A stretch of DNA of 64,000 bases. Origin: Bacteroidia bacterium (GTDB taxonomy: Bacteria; Bacteroidota; Bacteroidia; UKL13-3). Shown here piece by piece: positions 56,823-64,000 of the stretch. Within the stretch, counting starts at the first letter, position 1. The number at the start of each line of letters is the position of its first letter. The stretch lies in NCBI GenBank assembly GCA_044239605.1, contig JBIIBC010000005.1:32424-96423 (forward strand), in the 5' to 3' direction. The translations under genes were made by a program, and so were the position numbers. The notes beneath the pieces are model-generated. The model had not been told where the DNA came from, made no database searches, and saw only the letters and a program-made list of their open reading frames with translations.

Positions 56823-57853
56823 AAAGAAAATTATTGATATTATCATTGATTAGTTTCACAATAGTGGCGTTTCGCTACATAGATAACCCGCTAATTGTAA
56901 TACCCAAAATTTTCCCTAAACCTGTTTATGATTTTTCGAAAAATCCGTTATCAGAGAATAAAATTAAGTTAGTTAGGGCCTTATTTTACGACCCAATCCT
57001 TTCGCGAAACAACATGATTTCGTGTGCCAGTTGTCATTCGCAATTTTCAGCTTTCACCCATGTAGATCATGCCTTGAGTCATGGCATTGAAGATAAAATT
57101 GGATTCCGTAATTCCCCTACCCTGATGAATTTAGCTTGGCAATCATCATTTATGAGAGATGGTGCTATTAACCATTTAGATATGCAAGCTTTGGCCCCAA
57201 TAAGTAATCCCGTTGAAATGGATGAAAGTATAATACATGTAGTTTCAAAACTACAATCAAACCAACTGTATACTAAGCTGTTTTACAAAGCATTTGGCGA
57301 TTCAGTTATTACTGGTGAACACACCTTGAAAGCCATTTCACAATTCATGCTCACTTTGGTTTCAAGCAATTCAAAATATGATAGCGTAATGCGAAAGCAA
57401 ACTGCATTTACTGAACAAGAAAATAACGGCTACAAATTATTTAAGAAAAATTGTGCATCGTGCCACCATGAACCACTATTTACCAATGATGAATTTAGAA
57501 ATAATGGTCTATCATTAGACACATCGTTGAATGATTATGGCAGATACCGTGTAACAAAAAATTCATCTGACTCCTTAAAGTTTAAAGTACCAACGCTTCG
57601 GAATATTGAATTCTCATATCCATATATGCACGATGGCAGATTTAAGAAACTTTCGCAAGTTATGAATCACTACACTAATGAAGTTGTAAAAAGTAAATCG
57701 CTTTCACCAGAACTAGATAAGTCTATTGTATTGAGTTCAAATGAAAAGGTTGATATCATTGCGTTTTTGCTAACACTTACTGACAAATCGTTTCTCTTTA
57801 ACCCCCAATATTTTTACCCTAAAGAATTTTTTTTGGAAGGTGCGAAGGATTAA
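56819..57853 (+). CDS. mbnH: di-heme cytochrome c peroxidase / MauG superfamily enzyme (MbnH-like)
   Basis: It has two CxxCH motifs (CASCHS, CASCHH) and the conserved PTLRNI and YMHDGRF motifs. The TTG start overlaps the mbnP stop. Confidence 0.8.
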   Translation: MKRKLLILSLISFTIVAFRYIDNPLIVIPKIFPKPVYDFSKNPLSENKIKLVRALFYDPILSRNNMISCASCHSQFSAFTHVDHALSHGIEDKIGFRNSPTLMNLAWQSSFMRDGAINHLDMQALAPISNPVEMDESIIHVVSKLQSNQLYTKLFYKAFGDSVITGEHTLKAISQFMLTLVSSNSKYDSVMRKQTAFTEQENNGYKLFKKNCASCHHEPLFTNDEFRNNGLSLDTSLNDYGRYRVTKNSSDSLKFKVPTLRNIEFSYPYMHDGRFKKLSQVMNHYTNEVVKSKSLSPELDKSIVLSSNEKVDIIAFLLTLTDKSFLFNPQYFYPKEFFLEGAKD

Positions 57854-57924
57854 AAATATTTATTGTTTAATTATTAATTAAAAAAATCAAAAAAATTATT
57901 TGATTTCTAGTCTTATTCCAGCCG

Positions 57925-57946
57925 TTGCAGGCGTCCTCGCCTGCAA
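57925..57946. other. GC-rich hairpin TTGCAGGCG-tcct-CGCCTGCAA without T-run
   Basis: A 9-bp perfect stem lies 72 nt after the mbnH stop. With no U-tract on either strand, it is not a canonical intrinsic terminator. Confidence 0.4.
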
Positions 57947-58033
57947 TAACAGAAAACTAATTCAACCGTAACTTCTATTCATTTTATAGTTTTGTATGTA
58001 ACATGAGCCAATTTTAAAAGCTTATTATTGAAA

Positions 58034-60559
58034 ATGGCTGAAAATAATTTCAATATAATTGGTTTAACAAATGAGCAAGTAATTATTGCCCGCAATAAGT
58101 TTGGACAAAACAAGCTAGATTATAAAAAAGAAAGCAATTTTTTAGATGCTTTGAAACGCACCATCAAAGACCCTATGATGATTCTGCTTTTGGTGGCAGC
58201 ATCTATTTACTTTATGAGTGGCAAAATAGGCGATGGTATTTTTTTAACCGTTGCCATTGTGTTCCAAACTTCTATTTCGTTATACCAATTTTCGAGAAGT
58301 AAAAATGCACTGGAAAAACTAAAAGATTTTTCGCAACCCAAATGCAAGGTAATTCGCAATGGAGAGGTGGTGGAAATTACAAGCCAAGATTTGGTAATGG
58401 GCGATAGCATTTTGGTAAACGAAGGCGCAGCCATAGCAGCAGATGGCACCATTGTTAATTCAAACGATTTTTCGGTAAATGAGTCTATTTTAACTGGCGA
58501 ATCGTTAGCTGTGTTAAAAGATAAAACCACAGATGACCATTCTGTTTACAGCGGAACGACAGTAGCCACAGGTTTGGCCGTAGCCACCATTACAGCCATT
58601 GGCAACAAAACCAAATTAGGCAAAATAGGAAGCAGTTTAGAAAACATAGTAGAAGAAAAAACTCCTTTAGAAATTCAAATTGCCAACTTTGTTAAAAAGA
58701 TGGCCATTTTTGGTGCCCTAGTTTTTATAATAGTTTGGGGTATTAATTATTGGCATTCCCAAAATTTACTTACCAGTTTACTGCAATCGCTTACTTTAGC
58801 TATGAGCATATTACCAGAAGAAATTCCGGTAGCTTTTACCACTTTTATGGCATTGGGTGCTTGGCGATTAATGAAAATGGGCATAGTGGTAAAACAAATG
58901 AAAACTGTTGAAACACTTGGCAGTGCCACCGTAATTTGCACCGATAAAACTGGAACCATAACCGAAAACAAAATGAGTTTAGCCAAAGTATTTTTATTAT
59001 CGGCCAATAAAATTATTGAACCTAAAGATATATTGAGTGAAGAGGAAAAAGACTTGATAAAAACAGCTATGTGGGCCAGCGAACCAACCCCTTTCGATCC
59101 AATGGAAATGGCTTTGCACCAAGCGTATACTAACTTAAAAATGGAAGATGAAAGACCTAATTACAAGTTGGTACACGAGTATGCATTAGATGGTCAACCA
59201 CCCATGATGACCCATGTGTTTGAAAACAAGGAAGGTAAAAAAATTATAGCTGCCAAAGGCGCTCCTGAAGCTTTGATATTGGTTTCAACATTAACCGAAA
59301 ACCAAAAACAACAAATAAACGCAGCCATTGAACTTTTAGCCAATGATGGTTATAGAATATTAGGCGTGGCCACCAGTAATTTTAGCGCGCAAAATTATCC
59401 TGAAAAACAACAAGATTTACCATTTGAGTTTAAAGGATTGGTAGCCTTTTTCGATCCACCAAAAAACAATATTGCGCAAGTGTTAACCGATTTTTACACT
59501 GCGGGCATAGCAGTAAAAATTATTACTGGAGATAATGCTGAAACAACCATAGCAGTGGCCAAACAGATTGGTTTTAAAGGTTTTGAAAATACCATAACAG
59601 GCAATGATTTGATGGAATTATCAGATGCAGAACTGAAAACTTGCGTGATGGAAACAACCATTTTTACACGTATGTTTCCCGAAGCTAAGTTAAAAATTAT
59701 CAATGCTTTAAAAGCCAATAACCAAATAGTAGCCATGACTGGCGATGGCGTTAACGATGGACCTGCTTTAAAGGCAGCACATATTGGTATTGCCATGGGT
59801 AAAAAAGGAACTGAAATAGCCAAACAAGCGGCATCGCTTATTTTATTGGAAGACGATTTATCGAAAATGGTACATGCCATTGCCATGGGTCGTAAAATTT
59901 ATAGCAACTTAAAAAAAGCCATTCAATACATCATTTCCATTCATATTCCAATTATCTTAACTGTTTTTATACCCTTGGCTTTGGGGTGGATTTATCCTAA
60001 CATTTTTTCGCCCATTCATATTATATTTTTAGAAATAATAATGGGGCCAACTTGTTCTATTATTTACGAAAACGAACCCATGGAAAAAAACACCATGCAA
60101 CAAAAACCCAAACCACTTACCGATACATTTTTTAATTGGAAAGAATTATCTATTAGCATTGTACAAGGATTGGTAATAACTGCTGGTGTATTATTTACTT
60201 ACCAATATGCTATATTCAATGGTTCAAGCGAGGCCATTACAAGAACCATGACTTTTACGGTTTTAATAACTTCCAATATTTTTCTTACCTTGATTAATCG
60301 TTCGTTTTACTATTCTATATTTACCACCATTAGGTATAAAAACAATATGGTTTTTTTTATCATTTTTATAACCGTAACCTTAGTGGTATTAATGCTTTAC
60401 ATAAAACCACTCACTTCATTTTTTGAGTTTGAAACCTTGAGTTTATTGCAATTAGTAACCTGTATTGTTATTGGATTAGTTTCTGTAATTTGGTTTGAAA
60501 TAGTTAAAATATTTAAAAGAAGAAAACCAATAAATAATAATAAAAGTTTAAAAATTTAA
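58034..60559 (+). CDS. P-type cation-transporting ATPase (P2/P3-like, Ca/Mg type)
   Basis: DKTGTIT, TGES, MTGDGVNDGPALK and the TM4 PEEIP motif are present. There is no CPC motif and no N-terminal CxxC metal-binding domain. I took the ATG at 58034 rather than the TTG at 58028. Confidence 0.9.
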   Translation: MAENNFNIIGLTNEQVIIARNKFGQNKLDYKKESNFLDALKRTIKDPMMILLLVAASIYFMSGKIGDGIFLTVAIVFQTSISLYQFSRSKNALEKLKDFSQPKCKVIRNGEVVEITSQDLVMGDSILVNEGAAIAADGTIVNSNDFSVNESILTGESLAVLKDKTTDDHSVYSGTTVATGLAVATITAIGNKTKLGKIGSSLENIVEEKTPLEIQIANFVKKMAIFGALVFIIVWGINYWHSQNLLTSLLQSLTLAMSILPEEIPVAFTTFMALGAWRLMKMGIVVKQMKTVETLGSATVICTDKTGTITENKMSLAKVFLLSANKIIEPKDILSEEEKDLIKTAMWASEPTPFDPMEMALHQAYTNLKMEDERPNYKLVHEYALDGQPPMMTHVFENKEGKKIIAAKGAPEALILVSTLTENQKQQINAAIELLANDGYRILGVATSNFSAQNYPEKQQDLPFEFKGLVAFFDPPKNNIAQVLTDFYTAGIAVKIITGDNAETTIAVAKQIGFKGFENTITGNDLMELSDAELKTCVMETTIFTRMFPEAKLKIINALKANNQIVAMTGDGVNDGPALKAAHIGIAMGKKGTEIAKQAASLILLEDDLSKMVHAIAMGRKIYSNLKKAIQYIISIHIPIILTVFIPLALGWIYPNIFSPIHIIFLEIIMGPTCSIIYENEPMEKNTMQQKPKPLTDTFFNWKELSISIVQGLVITAGVLFTYQYAIFNGSSEAITRTMTFTVLITSNIFLTLINRSFYYSIFTTIRYKNNMVFFIIFITVTLVVLMLYIKPLTSFFEFETLSLLQLVTCIVIGLVSVIWFEIVKIFKRRKPINNNKSLKI

Positions 60560-60670
60560 GTTAAGGTTTTTACTTTTAAGGCTAGAGTGAATTTGCTTGA
60601 CAAATATTTATGTAAGTTAAACAAATTATAAAATAGTGGATTTTAAATTATAAAAAAATAAATAATTAGT

Positions 60671-60910
60671 CTATTCAACTAGTTTACCATCTTCTCTTGG
60701 GCCACGTAAATGAATAACTAAACCATTTAAAAAATTACGTAAAATTTGGTCACCACAATCCATGTATTTAGGGTGGTCTTCCTTGCGAAAAAGTGCACCT
60801 AATTCACTCTCAGAAATTTTAAAATCTACTAACTTTAATATTTCTATTATATCAGTATTTTTCAATTGTAGCGCTACCCTTAGCTTTTTTAATATATCGT
60901 TATTGCTCAT
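60671..60910 (-). CDS. DUF1456 (YehS-like) protein
   Basis: 79 aa. NDILKKLRVALQLKNTDIIEIL has the family pattern. Confidence 0.65.
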   Translation of the reverse strand: MSNNDILKKLRVALQLKNTDIIEILKLVDFKISESELGALFRKEDHPKYMDCGDQILRNFLNGLVIHLRGPREDGKLVE

Positions 60911-60930
60911 GTTTTTTCTGTTTTAAAAAA

Positions 60931-62169
60931 TTAATTTGCCCATTTTATGCCTAAAGTATCTTTTGGTATTGATAAATATACAGCTTCTTTAGCCATCAAT
61001 CCTTTAAGTATTACTGTATGTGTTTCATTACTTGCCCCAATTTTAACTTCCTGTTTAAAGGCTTTTTTATCATCGAGTTTATAAACAAAACTTTTAGTTC
61101 CTTCGGTATGCACACATTCTATTGGAATACTCAACACTTTTTTTAAGGTATTAGTTGAAATGCTGTTGGAAGTGGTCATAGCTGGTCTCAATGAAGTATC
61201 GATTGAAGTAACATCAATTACAACCTCAAATACTTTTGCTTCACTATTGGGTTTTTGTTCACCAATACTTGCTACCGATTTAACAATACCTTGTAGTTTT
61301 TTGCCACTTTGAGCATCAAGGCCAATATTAACCAATTGATTAGTTTTAACTTTTTGAATATCTACTTCATTAATATATGTTATACTTTCCATTGTTCTTA
61401 AATCTGGTAAATTTGCAACTGTTGGATCCCAGGTATTAACAGTACTCCCAACTATTTTTTTCTTTCCATCCCATTCTTTTGCGTAAATTACCATACCACT
61501 TTTGGGGGCAGTAATGGTAAACTGAGCTAAAGTAGTGGTTAGTTCCGAAAGTCTATTTTGTGCCTTAGTTAATTCGTTACCTATAATTTGCATTTTGGTA
61601 ACGCTCTGTTGTTGCTTGGTTTTATAGTTTTCTTTTTTCTGATCGTAGTTTCTTATTGCTTTTTCATATTCAATTTCGGCTTGTCGCAATACAGCTGGGG
61701 GCTCATAAATAGATTGCTCTTTTGTTAGTTTTCTTTCCTCTACTGCATATTTTAAATTAAACAATTCATCTCTAGCATCTCGCATTGTTAAGGTTGTATC
61801 AAGTTGAGTTGATTTAAATTCAGATTGTTTTTTTTGTACATTTAATTGTTCTTCATTAATTTTATTCATTATTTCAGTTTTATCTAACTCAGCTACAAAT
61901 TCTCCCTCTTTTACTACAGTGCCCTCGGCAACTAAATTACTAATTTTGACTTGCCAGATTCCTACTTGTCGTAAGGCACTTGGAGCAGAAATTTCAGTAT
62001 AATTTTTTGCACGTAACTCACCTGTATTTAAAACTGTTACATCAAAACTTCCCTCCTCTACCAAAACCATTATTTGATTTTCATCCACCTTTTTTATTAC
62101 CACCCAATAAATGGTAGCCATCGCTATTAACACAGCTAATGCTATAAATTTTCCTCTATGTTTTTTCAT
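60931..62169 (-). CDS. HlyD-family efflux periplasmic adaptor
   Basis: It has an N-terminal TM anchor, a lipoyl-like hairpin (VKEGEFVAELD), a long coiled coil and beta-barrel domains. Confidence 0.8.
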   Translation of the reverse strand: MKKHRGKFIALAVLIAMATIYWVVIKKVDENQIMVLVEEGSFDVTVLNTGELRAKNYTEISAPSALRQVGIWQVKISNLVAEGTVVKEGEFVAELDKTEIMNKINEEQLNVQKKQSEFKSTQLDTTLTMRDARDELFNLKYAVEERKLTKEQSIYEPPAVLRQAEIEYEKAIRNYDQKKENYKTKQQQSVTKMQIIGNELTKAQNRLSELTTTLAQFTITAPKSGMVIYAKEWDGKKKIVGSTVNTWDPTVANLPDLRTMESITYINEVDIQKVKTNQLVNIGLDAQSGKKLQGIVKSVASIGEQKPNSEAKVFEVVIDVTSIDTSLRPAMTTSNSISTNTLKKVLSIPIECVHTEGTKSFVYKLDDKKAFKQEVKIGASNETHTVILKGLMAKEAVYLSIPKDTLGIKWAN

Positions 62170-62175
62170 TTATAA

Positions 62176-62586
62176 TTACTTAACTGGTTGTTTAATTGTA
62201 TTTATATTATTTTTAATCGTTTCAAATACCTGAATGGTATTTTTATCCATTAAATGTTTAAGCGTATCATATTTTTGTTCCAATTCATTATATCTTTTTA
62301 AAGTTTGCATCATTACTTTTTGAGTATACTCTGTAGTGGTATCAAAAATATTAGAATGCAGTTGAATTGCAGTATCGTTAAAACTTAGTGCAGGATTAGA
62401 TGGGTCTGTAATATTAAATAAGTTGGTATCGCCATACAATACTTCAACATAATGTTTATTCACTCTTAATAAAGAATCAGAAAACTCTTTGAACAAAACC
62501 ATTTCATTCTTTATTTTTTGCTGTTTCGTTTCGCATGAATAAATGGAAACAATCATAGCAATTACCAAAATATTTTTAAACTGCAT
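62176..62586 (-). CDS. hypothetical lipoprotein
   Basis: It has a lipobox-like IVSIYSC motif. I recognise no family. Confidence 0.4.
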   Translation of the reverse strand: MQFKNILVIAMIVSIYSCETKQQKIKNEMVLFKEFSDSLLRVNKHYVEVLYGDTNLFNITDPSNPALSFNDTAIQLHSNIFDTTTEYTQKVMMQTLKRYNELEQKYDTLKHLMDKNTIQVFETIKNNINTIKQPVK

Positions 62587-62993
62587 ATTTTTATTTAATA
62601 TTTGTTACAATAAATGTAATTAAATTTAATTTTAAAAGAAATAGTTTTAAATATAAGTAACTCATTGAATTTATTTGTAATTTTTATTAACTATATTTCA
62701 TTAAATTTTATGTTTCACAAGGTTTTTGAATCAAATTTTATTGCTAACTTTTATTGTTAAGAAATTATTACATCACTGAAATTCGTTGCAATAAACATGA
62801 GCTATTTATAAAATTTACTTATTTAAAATGTGTATAAAATTGGTGTCAAAATCAGGTAAATAGAAATGAATATTTCTGTTATTAACAGTTAACTAACACT
62901 ATCTTTTTTATGTGTATATCATTTTTCAATTTGGGTACTAGTACATTTTAGTACATTTTTGGGAGATAAGTAATAAAAAAAAGTAAAAGTAGC

Positions 62994-64000
62994 ATGGCGG
63001 AAATAGTTGCAAATAGAAAGAAAAGAACACTAACAAATGCTCAAATTTTTGAGACGGGAAAATTACCACCGCAAGCACCCGAATTAGAGCAAGCAGTTTT
63101 AGGTGCTTTACTTTTAGAAAAAGATGCCATTAATATTGTTGCAGAAGTTCTAAAACCAGATAGTTTTTACGATCCCAAACATAAAAATATATATGAGGCT
63201 ATTTTAAATTTATGGCAAAATGGAAGTGCGGTTGATATTTTAACTGTTAGTCATGAACTTAAAAAGAAAGGTAATATAGAAATGTCTGGAGGTGCATACT
63301 ATGTTACATCATTAACTAATCGAGTAGCAAGTGCGGCTAATATAGAATACCACTCACGTATCATTGCGCAAAAATTTTTACAACGTGAGTTAATTAGAAT
63401 AAGTGGTGAAATTGGAACTGAAGCTTATGAAGATGGCACAGATGCCTTTGAATTGTTAGATAGCGCTGAACGAAAACTATTTGAAGTTTCGCAAGGAAAC
63501 ATTAAAAAGGATTACCGTAACATTAGTAGCGTAATGCAAGAAGCTATTAATGAAATTGATGAGTTAAGAGGAAAAGAAGGTGGATTAACAGGCATTCCTT
63601 CTGGATTTAGTAAATTAGATAGAGTTACTTCTGGATTTCAAAAATCTGATTTAATAATTATTGCTGCTCGTCCTGGTATGGGTAAAACTGCATTTGTATT
63701 GAGTGTTGCTCGTAATGCTTGTTTATCAAATACCGAAACACCAAGGGCTGTAGCTATTTTTTCACTAGAAATGAGTTCTAAGCAATTGGCAAATCGTATG
63801 ATAAGTGCAGAAGCTGAAATAGAATCAGACAAGTTGAAAAAAGGAATTTTAGCTGACCACGAATGGCAGCAATTAAATTCTAAAATAGCGAAGTTAAGCG
63901 AAGCCCCAATATTTATTGATGATACACCTGCTATTTCAGTATTTGAGCTACGTGCAAAATGTAGAAGGTTAAAACAACAGAATAATATTCAAATGATTAT
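62994..64000 (+). CDS. dnaB: replicative DNA helicase DnaB, 3-prime end beyond window (absent from supplied ORF track)
   Basis: Own translation from ATG 62994 gives MAEIVANRKK...PPQAPELEQAVLGALLLEKDAI...GIPSGFSKLDRVTSGFQKSDLIIIAARPGMGKTAF (Walker A)...FSLEMS. The frame is open to base 64000. Confidence 0.9.
   Translation, partial: MAEIVANRKKRTLTNAQIFETGKLPPQAPELEQAVLGALLLEKDAINIVAEVLKPDSFYDPKHKNIYEAILNLWQNGSAVDILTVSHELKKKGNIEMSGGAYYVTSLTNRVASAANIEYHSRIIAQKFLQRELIRISGEIGTEAYEDGTDAFELLDSAERKLFEVSQGNIKKDYRNISSVMQEAINEIDELRGKEGGLTGIPSGFSKLDRVTSGFQKSDLIIIAARPGMGKTAFVLSVARNACLSNTETPRAVAIFSLEMSSKQLANRMISAEAEIESDKLKKGILADHEWQQLNSKIAKLSEAPIFIDDTPAISVFELRAKCRRLKQQNNIQMI

Noticed and set aside
57925-57946. 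GC-rich hairpin after mbnH as an intrinsic terminator
   Set aside because: There is no U-tract on either strand. I recorded it only as a hairpin of unknown role.
58207-59886. Three minus-strand ORFs inside the P-type ATPase gene
   Set aside because: They are antisense shadows of a gene with complete P-type ATPase motifs.
58034-60559. P-type ATPase as the copper exporter partner of MbnP/MbnH
   Set aside because: It lacks the CPC/CPH transmembrane motif and N-terminal CxxC domains of P1B copper pumps. Its PEEIP TM4 motif indicates a Ca/Mg-type pump, so adjacency alone does not link them.
62587-62993. 400-bp AT-rich region upstream of dnaB as a replication origin
   Set aside because: I found no DnaA-box (TTATCCACA-like) clusters. 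The only repeat is a tandem GTACATTTT x2 at 62941-62959, which is insufficient evidence.

Overview
This AT-rich chromosomal segment reads as Bacteroidota. The signs are type A and type B T9SS C-terminal sorting domains, a PadR-PspC pair, an MbnP/MbnH pair, little Shine-Dalgarno usage and TAnnTTG-like -7 boxes. I support about 66 protein genes, one tRNA (anticodon CAT) and several intrinsic terminators. I saw no rRNA, CRISPR array, transposase, integrase or phage genes. Most content is core housekeeping: lysC, purC, rnc-fabF-acpP, upp, nth, rnhA, murI, mltG, hldD, two csp genes and dnaB. Two edge-truncated genes are missing from the supplied ORF track: a NifU-like gene at 1-551 (minus) and dnaB at 62994-64000 (plus). 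Four things deserve a second look. (1) The minus-strand cluster 33861-40526 encodes a PqqD-like protein, an ATP-grasp ligase and a fold-III PLP decarboxylase, followed by a urea-transporter/M23-peptidase fusion, an outer-membrane barrel and a TPR protein. This is my best candidate for an uncharacterised system. (2) A small accessory islet at 53.5-55.9 kb has two copies of a roughly 70-nt structured repeat bracketing a DUF1287 gene, and one copy truncates an Rnl2-like RNA ligase gene after 26 codons. (3) An array of five 12-mer operator-like motifs, four of them arranged as two perfect inverted repeats, sits upstream of a small HTH regulator. (4) A T9SS type B adhesin gene is split by a single in-frame TAA. 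All family names come from motif recognition by eye. No database search, HMM scan or RNA folding was run.
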